Below, one piece after another: positions 19,734-29,554 of a DNA stretch of 64,000 nt. This DNA is from Candidatus Eiseniibacteriota bacterium (lineage in GTDB: Bacteria > Eisenbacteria > RBG-16-71-46). The notes below the pieces were generated by a model, which was not told where the DNA came from, ran no database searches, and saw only the letters and a program-made list of their open reading frames with translations. The stretch covers positions 7,775 to 71,774 of the forward strand of contig JANLWK010000242.1 of NCBI GenBank assembly GCA_031364505.1. Reading direction: 5' to 3'. A program made the translations under genes and the position numbers. How positions within the stretch are numbered: the first letter of the stretch is position 1; each line of letters begins with the position of its first letter.

Positions 19734-20729
19734 ATGGCAATCGCGAAGACCGAGACGATCTGGATGAACGGGCGGATGGTCGCCTGGGACGACGCCCGGG
19801 TCCACATCATGACCCACGCGATGCACTACGCCTCGGCCGTGTTCGAGGGCATTCGCGCCTACGATTCCGAGGCCGGCCCGGCCGTGTTCCGGCTCGACGA
19901 GCACCTCGAGCGGCTGATGTTCTCGGCGCGCGTGTACCGCATGGAGGTGCCGTTCACGCCCAAGCAGCTCCACGACGTGTGTGTCGAGCTCGTGAACGTG
20001 AACCGTCTCGGTGACTGCTACGTCCGCCCGCTCATCTACCGAGGCTACGAGAACATCGGCGTCAACCCATTCGGCAACCCGATCGAGGTCGCGATCGCCG
20101 CGTATCCGTGGGGCCAGTACCTGGGGCCCGATGCGCTGTCGAAGGGTGTCGCCGTCAAGATCAGCAGCTGGCAGCGCATGGCGCCGAACACGCTGCCGGC
20201 GATGGCGAAGTCCTCCGCGAACTACATGAATTCGCAGCTCTCGAAGATGGAGGCGATCGTCGACGGTTACGCCGAGGCGATCTCGCTCGACACGAGCGGC
20301 TACGTCAGCGAGGGCAGCGGGCAGAACGTGTTCGCCGTGATCAAGGGCGAGGTGCTCACGCCGCCGGTCCACAACAGCCTGCTGGCCGGCATCACGCGCT
20401 CGACCATCCTGACGCTGGCGCGCGAGCTCGGCTACCCCGTGCGCGAGGCCACGCTGCCGCGCGAAATGCTCTACGCCGCCGAAGAATTGTTCTTCACCGG
20501 CACGGCGGTGGAAGTGTCGCCCATCGGCTCGATCGACCGCATCACGGTCGGCAACGGCGGGCGCGGCCCGGTCACGAAGGCGTTGCAGGACGCGTTCTTC
20601 GCGGCGGTGCGCGGGCAGAATCCGAAGCACCGGGACTGGCTCACGCCGTGCCGCGCGGCGGCGCCGGCGGGCAATGCCGCCGCTCCGGGGGTGTCCGCGG
20701 CCGCGGTCCCCGCGGCGCGACGGGCCTGA
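19734..20729 (+). CDS. ilvE: branched-chain amino acid aminotransferase (class IV PLP enzyme)
   Basis: MNGRMVAWDDARVHIMTHAMHYASAVFEGIRAY..., fold-type IV aminotransferase core with conserved Lys region, 331 aa. Confidence 0.9.
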   Translation: MAIAKTETIWMNGRMVAWDDARVHIMTHAMHYASAVFEGIRAYDSEAGPAVFRLDEHLERLMFSARVYRMEVPFTPKQLHDVCVELVNVNRLGDCYVRPLIYRGYENIGVNPFGNPIEVAIAAYPWGQYLGPDALSKGVAVKISSWQRMAPNTLPAMAKSSANYMNSQLSKMEAIVDGYAEAISLDTSGYVSEGSGQNVFAVIKGEVLTPPVHNSLLAGITRSTILTLARELGYPVREATLPREMLYAAEELFFTGTAVEVSPIGSIDRITVGNGGRGPVTKALQDAFFAAVRGQNPKHRDWLTPCRAAAPAGNAAAPGVSAAAVPAARRA

Positions 20730-20740
20730 TCCCTCGAGCC

Positions 20741-21214
20741 ATGCGGGTGGCGATCGGCTCCGACCACGCGGGTTTCGTCCTCAAGCAGCGCATCGCACGC
20801 GAGTTGGCCGCGTGGGGTCACGAGGTCGAGGACCTGGGCACCGATTCCGAATCGCCCGTCGACTACCCGGACGTCTGCTTCGCCGTGGGTGAGCGCGTGG
20901 CGGACGGCACGGCGGAGCGCGGCATCGTGCTCGGCGGCAGCGGCATCGGCGAGAGCATCGCGGCCAACAAGGTCGCCGGTGTGCGCGCGTCGGTCGTGAC
21001 GAGCGACGAGACGGCGCGGTTGACCCGGCTCCACAACGACTCGAACGTGCTGGCGCTCGGCGCCCGCACGAATCCCGACCACGACGCGGTGCTGCGCTGG
21101 GTGCGCACGTGGCTCGACACCGCCTTCGAGGGCGGCCGCCACGTGCCGCGCATCGCGCGGATCACGGCATACGAGCGCGCCCACATAGCACCCGGGGCGG
21201 CCCCGCGTGTCTGA
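20741..21214 (+). CDS. rpiB: ribose-5-phosphate isomerase B (RpiB/LacAB family)
   Basis: [16 protein letters not shown]... [13 protein letters not shown] motif, about 157 aa. ATG 20741, in frame with the longer track ORF 20108..21214. Confidence 0.85.
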   Translation: MRVAIGSDHAGFVLKQRIARELAAWGHEVEDLGTDSESPVDYPDVCFAVGERVADGTAERGIVLGGSGIGESIAANKVAGVRASVVTSDETARLTRLHNDSNVLALGARTNPDHDAVLRWVRTWLDTAFEGGRHVPRIARITAYERAHIAPGAAPRV

Positions 21215-22460
21215 GCTCGAGCGCCAGGATCCGCGGCTGTTCGACGCCATCGCCGGCGAGGAGGCCCGCCAGCGCGACACGCTCGAGCTGATCGCCTCCG
21301 AGAACTTCGTCAGCCCGGCCGTGCTCGAGGCGGCGGGGTCGGTGATGACGAACAAGTATGCGGAGGGCCTGCCCGGCAAGCGCTACTACGGCGGCTGCGA
21401 GTTCGTCGACGTCGCCGAGTCGCTGGCGATCGAGCGCTTGCGCACGTTGTTCGCGGCCGACCACGCCAACGTCCAGCCCCATTCGGGCGCCTCGGCGAAC
21501 CTGGCTGCGTACCTCGCCGTGTCGAAGCCGGGCGAGACGCTGCTCGGCATGAGTCTCGCGCACGGTGGCCACCTGACGCACGGTCACCCTGTGTCGGTGA
21601 GCGGGCAGCTCTGGCGCGCGGTCCAGTACGGCGTGCGTGCGGAGGACGGGCGCATCGACTACGACGAGGTCGCTTCGCTGGCGCGCCTGCATCGTCCGCG
21701 CATCCTCGTCGCGGGCGCCAGTGCCTATCCGCGCGTGATCGACTTCGAGCGCTTCGGCGCGATCGCGCGCGAGGTGGGGGCGGCGCTGGTCGTCGACATG
21801 GCGCACATCGCCGGGCTCGTGGCCGCCGGGCTCCATCCGAGCCCGGTGCCGCATGCGGACCTGGTGACGAGCACGACGCACAAGACCCTGCGCGGCCCGC
21901 GCGGCGGGTTCATTCTGGCGCGCGCCGCGCACGCCGAGAAGCTCGACAAGACGATCTTCCCGGGGCTCCAGGGCGGGCCGCTGATGCACGTCATTGCGGC
22001 GAAGGCGGTGTGCTTCGGCGAGGCGCTGACCGACGGGTTTCGCGCCTACCAGGTCCGCGTCGTCGAGAACGCGAAAACGCTCGCCGCGACGCTCGTCGAT
22101 CACGGCTTCGAACTCGTCTCGGGCGGCACCGACAACCATCTCATGCTGGTCGACCTGCGGGGGCGCGGCATGACCGGGAAGGTAGCCGAGGAGGCGCTGC
22201 ACCGCGCGCGCATCACGGTGAACAAGAACGCGGTCCCGAACGATCCGCAGAAGCCGTGGGTGACGAGTGGCATCCGCATCGGCACGCCGGCGCTCACGAC
22301 ACGGGGGTTCGGGCCCGGCGAGATGCGCCGGATCGGCGGCTGGATCGCGCGCGTGCTCGAGCGCCCCGAGGACGCCGAGTCGGCGCGCGAGGTCGAGCGC
22401 GAGGTGCGCGAGCTGGCCGCCGGATTCCCGCTGTTCGCACACGAGGCCGCCCGCACGTGA
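21207..22460 (+). CDS. glyA: serine hydroxymethyltransferase
   Basis: [21 protein letters not shown]-lysine region [12 protein letters not shown], 417 aa. Confidence 0.93.
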   Translation: MSELERQDPRLFDAIAGEEARQRDTLELIASENFVSPAVLEAAGSVMTNKYAEGLPGKRYYGGCEFVDVAESLAIERLRTLFAADHANVQPHSGASANLAAYLAVSKPGETLLGMSLAHGGHLTHGHPVSVSGQLWRAVQYGVRAEDGRIDYDEVASLARLHRPRILVAGASAYPRVIDFERFGAIAREVGAALVVDMAHIAGLVAAGLHPSPVPHADLVTSTTHKTLRGPRGGFILARAAHAEKLDKTIFPGLQGGPLMHVIAAKAVCFGEALTDGFRAYQVRVVENAKTLAATLVDHGFELVSGGTDNHLMLVDLRGRGMTGKVAEEALHRARITVNKNAVPNDPQKPWVTSGIRIGTPALTTRGFGPGEMRRIGGWIARVLERPEDAESAREVEREVRELAAGFPLFAHEAART

Positions 22461-22593
22461 CGCCGCCGTCGCCGTCACGCGCGCCGCGGCGTCCGTCGCT
22501 CCGCCGCCCGCGACGAGCCGGCATGCGGAGCGCGGCGCTTGCCTCGCTCCGGCGCACAGGATAGTTGTAAGTCACACGCAGGAGACGTGGCGG

Positions 22594-22610
22594 GGGCACA
22601 GGACGTGCCC
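22594..22610 (+). promoter_or_regulatory. perfect 6-bp stem / 5-nt loop hairpin (GGGCAC aggac GTGCCC) in the 170-nt mgtE leader
   Basis: Seen directly in the sequence, 20 nt upstream of the mgtE ATG and SD-like GGAGG. Function unknown. Confidence 0.15.
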
Positions 22611-22630
22611 GGAGTGCCAGGAGGGATGCC

Positions 22631-23968
22631 ATGACGGCAGCGGCAGCGTCGAGGGAAGCCGAAGACCGGGTCACCGCGGACGAGCTGCGGGACGCCTGGC
22701 CGCTGCTGTCGGCGGAGGACCGCGCCGAGACGCTGCTCAGCATCGCCCGCGACCAGGCCGAGGACGCCTTCCTCGGCTGCGGCGCCCGCGACCAGGCCGG
22801 CATCGTGCTCGCCCTCCCGGCCGCCGAGCGCCGCTCCTGGATGCGTCTGATGGCGCCGGACGACGCCGCCGACGTCGTGCAGGCCGCCCCGCGCGAAGAG
22901 CGCGATGGCCTGCTGGCGCTGCTCGACGACCAGACGCGCCGCGACGTGACCGCCCTGCTCGCCTATGCCGAGGACCGCGCCGGCGGTCTGATGAATCCGC
23001 GCTACGCGCGGCTGCGCCCGGACATGACCGTCGACGAGGCGATCAGCTACCTGCGCCGGCAGGCGCGCGACGTGCTCGACTCGATCTATTACGGCTACGT
23101 GCTCGACGACGAGCAGCGCCTGCTCGGCGTCGTGTCGTTCCGCGAGCTGTTCGCCTCGGACTTGTCCAAGCGCCTGCGCGAAGTGATGCACACCGAGCTC
23201 GTCACCGTGCTCCCCGACCAGGACCAGGAAGCGGTGAGCCGGCTGTTCGCCCAGACGCGCTTCGTCGCGATCCCCGTGGTCGACGGCCACGGGCGCATGA
23301 AGGGCATCGTCACGGTCGACGACATCGTCGACGTCGTGCGCGAGGAAGCCACCGAGGACATCCAGAAGATCGGCGGCACCCAGGCGCTCGAGGCGCCGTA
23401 CCTCACCGTGAAGCTGCCGGAGATGATCAAGAAGCGCGTCGGCTGGCTCGCCGCGCTATTCGTGAGCGAGATGCTCACGACGACGGCGATGAGCCGGTTC
23501 GAGGCGGAAATCTCGCGGGCCGTCGTGCTCGCGGTGTTCGTGCCGCTCATCATCTCCGGCGGCGGCAACTCGGGCTCGCAGGCCACCACGCTCGTCATCC
23601 GCGCGATGGCGCTCGGCGAGGTACGGCTGCGCGACTGGTGGCGCGTCATCCGCCGCGAGATCGCGACCGGCGTGTCGATGGGCGCCATCCTCGCCGCCAT
23701 CGCCTTCAGCCGCGTCGAGCTGTGGCAGTTCCTGTTCCATTCCTACGGGCCCCACCACCTGCTCGTCGCCTCGACGATCGCGACGAGCGTCGCCGGGGTC
23801 GTGACCTGGGGCACCGTGGCCGGTTCGATGCTGCCATTCCTGCTGAGGCGCGTGGGGCTCGACCCCGCGAGCGCCTCGGCGCCGTTCGTCGCGACGCTCG
23901 TGGACGTCACGGGCATCGTCATCTACTTCAGTGTCGCGAGCGTCATCCTGCGCGGCACGCTGCTGTGA
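22631..23968 (+). CDS. mgtE: magnesium transporter MgtE (N-domain, tandem CBS, C-terminal TM channel)
   Basis: CBS pair (VVSFRELFASD... IPVVDGHGRMKGIVTVDDI) and MgtE TM domain (GGGNSGSQATTLVIRAMA). Confidence 0.9.
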   Translation: MTAAAASREAEDRVTADELRDAWPLLSAEDRAETLLSIARDQAEDAFLGCGARDQAGIVLALPAAERRSWMRLMAPDDAADVVQAAPREERDGLLALLDDQTRRDVTALLAYAEDRAGGLMNPRYARLRPDMTVDEAISYLRRQARDVLDSIYYGYVLDDEQRLLGVVSFRELFASDLSKRLREVMHTELVTVLPDQDQEAVSRLFAQTRFVAIPVVDGHGRMKGIVTVDDIVDVVREEATEDIQKIGGTQALEAPYLTVKLPEMIKKRVGWLAALFVSEMLTTTAMSRFEAEISRAVVLAVFVPLIISGGGNSGSQATTLVIRAMALGEVRLRDWWRVIRREIATGVSMGAILAAIAFSRVELWQFLFHSYGPHHLLVASTIATSVAGVVTWGTVAGSMLPFLLRRVGLDPASASAPFVATLVDVTGIVIYFSVASVILRGTLL

Positions 23969-23996
23969 TGCGCACCCTCGATTCGAAGGAGACCCG

Positions 23997-24979
<983 letters not shown>

Positions 24980-24980
<1 letters not shown>

Positions 24981-25861
24981 TGGAGACCCAGGACCTGCTG
25001 CGCCGGGTTCGCCGGCTCGAGATCCGGAGCCGGCACCTGGTCGACGACCTGTTCGCCGGCCGCTCGTCGAGCGTCTTCAAGGGACGCGGCGTCGAGTTCG
25101 AGGAGGTGCGGCCCTACGTCCCCGGTGACGAGGTGCGCGACATCGACTGGAACGTGACGGCGCGCCTCGGGGCGCCGTACATCAAGCGTTTCGTCGAGGA
25201 GCGCGAGCTCACGGTGATGGTGCTGGTGGACGTGTCGGCGTCGATGCGCTTCGGCACCCAGGGCAGCGAGAAGCGCGAGTTGGCGGCCGAGCTGACGGCC
25301 CTGCTCGGCTTCGCCGCGATCAGCAACAACGACCGCGTGGGCCTCGTGCTCGCGAGCGACCGGGTCGAGCACTTCGTGCCGCCCGGGCGCGGACGCACGC
25401 ACCTGCTGCGGATGCTGCGGGACGTCCTCGGGGCGCGCGTCGAAGGCCGCGAGACGCGGCTGGGCGAGGCGGCGCGGTTCCTGGCGCGCACGACGCGCCG
25501 CCGGAGCCTGGTGTTCTGGATCTCGGACTTCGAGGAGACGCCGGACGTGCGCGCGTGGCGCAGTCTCGGCCGCCGCCACGAGCTGACCGCGCTCGTGCTG
25601 CGTGATCCGCGCGACGAGCGCCTGCCGGACGTCGGCTGGGTCACGTTCGAGGACCTGGAGCGCGGCGTGCGGCGCCGCGTCAACACGTCCAGCCGGCGCG
25701 TGCGCGACGCCTACGCGAAGGACGCCGCCGAGCGCGTCGCCCTGCGCGTCGCGGCGCTGCGCGAGGCGCGCGTGCCGGCGCTGGAGATCGACACGTCGCG
25801 GTCCTACCTGCCCGTGCTCATCGAATACTTCTCGTCGCGCCGCGCGCGGGGCCGCGCGTGA
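24980..25861 (+). CDS. DUF58-domain protein (vWA-like, MoxR partner)
   Basis: GRGVEFEEVRPYVPGDEVRDIDWNVTAR motif typical of DUF58. ATG overlaps the moxR stop (TGATG). Confidence 0.8.
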
Positions 25862-26820
25862 GAGCAGCGTTCCGGATCGGGGTGGCGGCGCTGGCGATGG
25901 GTGCCGCCGTGACGTCTGCGGGCGCCGGTTTCGCCGCGGCCGACATCCGGTGCCGCGCGTCGGTGCAGCCCGGCTCCGTTCACCTAGGCGAGCCGGCGCG
26001 CTATCGCGGCTCGGTGGTCTATCGCCGCGGCGAGCTGACCCGGCCGCGATGGGTGCCGCCCGACTCCGCGGGGAGCCTGGCCTGGGGGCCGATCGTCGCG
26101 CGCCTCGGCCGGGGAGCCTCCGGCATCGACACGCTGCGCATCGAAACCACGGTTCAGGCGTTCGCGCTCGGCGACGTGCCGGTGCCCGGTGTCGTGTTCG
26201 TCGACGAGGGCGTGGCGCCGCCCGCCGTGCGGCACCTCCCGGTGACCACCCTGCACGTGATGTCGGTGCTCACGGCCGCGGACAGCAACGCCGACCTGCG
26301 AGGCGTCCGGGGCCCGCTCGCCGCACCGTGGTGGGAGCGAGTGCCCTGGGCCTGGGTGCTCGCGGGACTCCTCGTCGCGGCGGCGATCGTGTGGATCGTG
26401 CGCAGGCTGCGCCGCCGCGGCCGGCCCGTGCCGACGCCGGTCGCGGTCCCCGCGGCCGACGCCGCCACGATCGCGCTCCGCCGTCTCGCCGAGCTCCGCA
26501 CGCGCCGGCTGCCCGAGCAGGACGCCTATGGTGCTCACGCGCTCGAGTTGACGGCGATCCTGCGCCGCTTCCTCGAGTCGACCGCCGTCGCCCCGCGCCC
26601 GGGCCAGACCACGACCGAGCTCGCGGCATGGCTGCCGGAGACGTCGCTCGCGGCCGGCGACGCCGAGCAGGTCACGCGGCTGCTACGCGGCTGGGACGCG
26701 CTCAAGTTCGCGCGCGGGACGTCGAACCCCGTGCTGGCGCACCAGTCCGAGGCGGCCGTCGAGGCATTCGTGCGCGCGCATTCGAACTCGGCCCCGCCCG
26801 CGCGGAAGGAGGCGGCCTAG
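25858..26820 (+). CDS. hypothetical membrane-anchored protein within the bat-type operon
   Basis: Signal peptide, one central TM helix (WVLAGLLVAAAIVWIV) followed by RRLRRRGR. Embedded between DUF58 and batA with overlapping stop/start. Confidence 0.55.
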   Translation: MRAAFRIGVAALAMGAAVTSAGAGFAAADIRCRASVQPGSVHLGEPARYRGSVVYRRGELTRPRWVPPDSAGSLAWGPIVARLGRGASGIDTLRIETTVQAFALGDVPVPGVVFVDEGVAPPAVRHLPVTTLHVMSVLTAADSNADLRGVRGPLAAPWWERVPWAWVLAGLLVAAAIVWIVRRLRRRGRPVPTPVAVPAADAATIALRRLAELRTRRLPEQDAYGAHALELTAILRRFLESTAVAPRPGQTTTELAAWLPETSLAAGDAEQVTRLLRGWDALKFARGTSNPVLAHQSEAAVEAFVRAHSNSAPPARKEAA

Positions 26821-27798
26821 ATGCGGCTCGAATGGCCCTGGATGCTGATGCTGCTCGCCGTGGTCCCGGCACTCGCATGGTGGGGCCGGCGCCCCGCGAT
26901 GCGCCGCGCGGGGGTGCTGTGGGGGCACGCGTCGGCGGCGTGGCGGAGGCACTCGGGTCTGTCGCTCGCGGCACTCGACGCGTTGCCGTGGATCGCCCTG
27001 GTGATCGTGTTCGTCGCGCTCGCGCGGCCGCAGCAGGGCCTGCGGCTCAGCGAGACCGAGTCGCGGGGCGTCGACATCATGCTGGCGATCGACATCTCGC
27101 CGAGCATGGCGGCCCAGGACTTCCAGCCCGAGAACCGACTCGGCGTGGCCAAATCGACGGCGAGCGCGTTCGTTCGCCAGCGCACGCACGACCGCGTGGG
27201 GCTCGTCGGCTTCGCCGCGACGGCGTTCAGCCAGTGCCCGCTGACGCTCGATCACGACGCGCTCGACGAGCTGCTCCAGGGGCTCGACTTCGGGCTCGCC
27301 GAGGACGGCACGGCGATCGGGATGGGCCTCGCGACCGCCGTCGCGGGACTGCGGTCGAGCCGGACGCCGAGCAAGGTGGTCGTGCTGCTCACCGACGGCC
27401 AGAACAACCGCGGCTCGATCGATCCGCTGACCGGCGCCGATCTCGCGCGCGCCTACGGCATCAAGGTGTACACCGTGCTCGTCGGCAAGGGCGGCGTGGT
27501 GCCCGTGCCGGTCGACGATCCCGTGAACGGCAGCCGCGTCGAGATGGTGCGCATGGACGTCGACGAGGGCACGCTGAGGGAGATCGCCAAGCGAACCGGC
27601 GGCCACTTCTATCGCGCCACGGACCCGGCCGCGTTGACGGGCATCTATTCTGTCATCGACCGGCTCGAGCGCGCGCCGATCAAGTCGGTGAGCTATCGCG
27701 AGTACCTGGAGCTGGGACCGGCGTTGCTCGGGCTCGCGGGCTTGCTGCTCGCGATCGCGAGCCTCGGCGGCGCGACCTGGGGACGGCGGCTGCCGTGA
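26821..27798 (+). CDS. batA: BatA-like vWA-domain membrane protein
   Basis: N-terminal TM, vWA MIDAS motif DIMLAIDISPSMAAQD, TDGQNNRG, C-terminal TM. 325 aa as BatA. Confidence 0.75.
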   Translation: MRLEWPWMLMLLAVVPALAWWGRRPAMRRAGVLWGHASAAWRRHSGLSLAALDALPWIALVIVFVALARPQQGLRLSETESRGVDIMLAIDISPSMAAQDFQPENRLGVAKSTASAFVRQRTHDRVGLVGFAATAFSQCPLTLDHDALDELLQGLDFGLAEDGTAIGMGLATAVAGLRSSRTPSKVVVLLTDGQNNRGSIDPLTGADLARAYGIKVYTVLVGKGGVVPVPVDDPVNGSRVEMVRMDVDEGTLREIAKRTGGHFYRATDPAALTGIYSVIDRLERAPIKSVSYREYLELGPALLGLAGLLLAIASLGGATWGRRLP

Positions 27799-27835
27799 CC
27801 CGGCGCGAACGCCCCGGGTCGGCGGGAGGACCCTC

Positions 27836-29554
27836 GTGAGTTTCTCGGACCCGCGCTGGCTGTGGGCATTGTGGGCACTCCCCGTGCTCGCCGTGCTCGA
27901 GGCGTGGGCGCTGCGGGGCATGGGAGCCCGCGTGCGCGCGCTGGTCGGCGATCGTGCGCCGCACCCGCTGCTCGCCCAGCGCGATCCGCGGGCGGGCTGG
28001 ATCGGCGCAGCGCTGCGTCTCGCGGCACTCGCGTGCGTGCTGTTCGGCGCGGCGGGCCCCGAGTGGGGGCGCGAGATGGTGCGCCGCGGCAGCAGCGGCT
28101 CGGACGTGGTGCTCGTCATCGACGTGTCGACGAGCATGGATGCTCGCGACGTGCCGCCGAGCCGCATCGACGAGGCCCGCCGCGAGGCGCTCGCCGTGCT
28201 CGACCGGCTGCAGGGCAGCCGCGTGGCCGTCGTCGCGTTCGCCGGCGACGCGGTGCGGTTGTGCCCGCTCACGCTCGATCTGCCGGCCGCGCGGCTGGTG
28301 GTCGAGTCGCTGTCGACGGGCGCCCTGAGCACGCCGGGCACCGATCTCGGCAAGGGGCTGCGCCTCGCGCGGCAGGTCGTGCCGTCGGGGCGCCGCGATG
28401 AGCAGGCCATCGTGCTGTGGACCGATGGCGAGGATCTCGAAGCGGGCGCTCGCAGCGAGATCGACGCGCTCACCCGCAGCGGTGTGCGCGTGTTCGCGGT
28501 GGGGGTCGGCACGCGTGACGGCGACGTGATCCCGCTGCTGGATCCGGATGGTCACGTGAGCGACATCAAGCGCGACGAGAAGGGGACGGCCGTGCGCAGC
28601 CGGCTCGACGAGAACCTGCTGCGCACGCTGTCGCAGCGCACGCGCGGTGCCTACTTCTCGGCCGACCGCCCGGGCGGTGAGCTCGGGCGGCTGCTGGGTG
28701 CGGTGACCGGCCTCGCGCGCGCCGGCCGCACGCAGCGACTGTCCGAGCGGCCGGTGCCGCGCTTTCCGCTGTTCGCGGCACTCGCGGCGTTCCTGTTGCT
28801 CGTCGATCGGGTGCGCCGGCGCCGGCCGAAGTCGCGGCGCGAGACTGGACCCGAGCTGCATTCCGAGCGCACCGCCGCGGCCGCCATGCTGGCGCTCGCG
28901 CTGCTCGTCCCGGCGCGCGCCGCCGCGCAGAGCGGCTGGGAACGCGGCAACCGGGCGTTCGCGAAGTCGCGGTACGCCGAAGCGGATTCGCTGTACGCGA
29001 AGCGGCTCGCGCGCGGCGGTCCGGCGGCGCTTCGCGTGAACCGCGCCACGGTCCATGCGCTCGCCGGGCACGCCGACGAGGCCGAGCGGGATCTCGAGCG
29101 GCTGGCGAACGATCCGTCGCGCGCGGGTGCGGCCGCGGGTTACAACCTCGGCACGATCCGGGCCGAGCGACGCAACGACGACGGGGCCCTCGAGGCGCTG
29201 CGACGCGCGATCGAGCGCGATCCGCGTGACGCCGACGCGCGCTGGAACTACGAGGTCGTCCTCGCGCGGCAGCGCAACGACCAGGATCCGAAGCAGCCGC
29301 CGAAGCAGGGCGGCGGGGGTGGTGGAGGGGCGCCCCAGCCGAGCCCGTCGCAACCCCGGCCGCAGCCGTCCGCGACCGCGCCGTCGCCGTCGCCGTCGAA
29401 TGCCCCGCGGACACCGGCGCCGGGGCAGGCCTCGGGCATGACGAAGGAGCAGGCCGACCGGCTGCTCAACGCGCTGCAGGAGATGGCGCGCACCGAACAG
29501 CAGCGTCACCGTTCGAGTCACGCGGTGCAGACGCCGCGGAGCCGGGACTGGTGA
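27836..29554 (+). CDS. batB: BatB-like vWA-domain protein fused to a BatC-like TPR region with a Pro/Gly-rich linker
   Basis: vWA MIDAS VVLVIDVSTSMDARD. C-terminal TPR-like helices (GNRAFAKSRYAEADSLYAKRLARG ... ). Low-complexity QPPKQGGGGGGGAPQPSPSQPRPQPS tract. 572 aa, about BatB+BatC combined. Confidence 0.7.
   Translation: MSFSDPRWLWALWALPVLAVLEAWALRGMGARVRALVGDRAPHPLLAQRDPRAGWIGAALRLAALACVLFGAAGPEWGREMVRRGSSGSDVVLVIDVSTSMDARDVPPSRIDEARREALAVLDRLQGSRVAVVAFAGDAVRLCPLTLDLPAARLVVESLSTGALSTPGTDLGKGLRLARQVVPSGRRDEQAIVLWTDGEDLEAGARSEIDALTRSGVRVFAVGVGTRDGDVIPLLDPDGHVSDIKRDEKGTAVRSRLDENLLRTLSQRTRGAYFSADRPGGELGRLLGAVTGLARAGRTQRLSERPVPRFPLFAALAAFLLLVDRVRRRRPKSRRETGPELHSERTAAAAMLALALLVPARAAAQSGWERGNRAFAKSRYAEADSLYAKRLARGGPAALRVNRATVHALAGHADEAERDLERLANDPSRAGAAAGYNLGTIRAERRNDDGALEALRRAIERDPRDADARWNYEVVLARQRNDQDPKQPPKQGGGGGGGAPQPSPSQPRPQPSATAPSPSPSNAPRTPAPGQASGMTKEQADRLLNALQEMARTEQQRHRSSHAVQTPRSRDW

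Noticed and set aside
22461-22630. M-box (ykoK) Mg riboswitch upstream of mgtE
   Set aside because: No recognisable M-box conserved segments. Only a single hairpin was noted.
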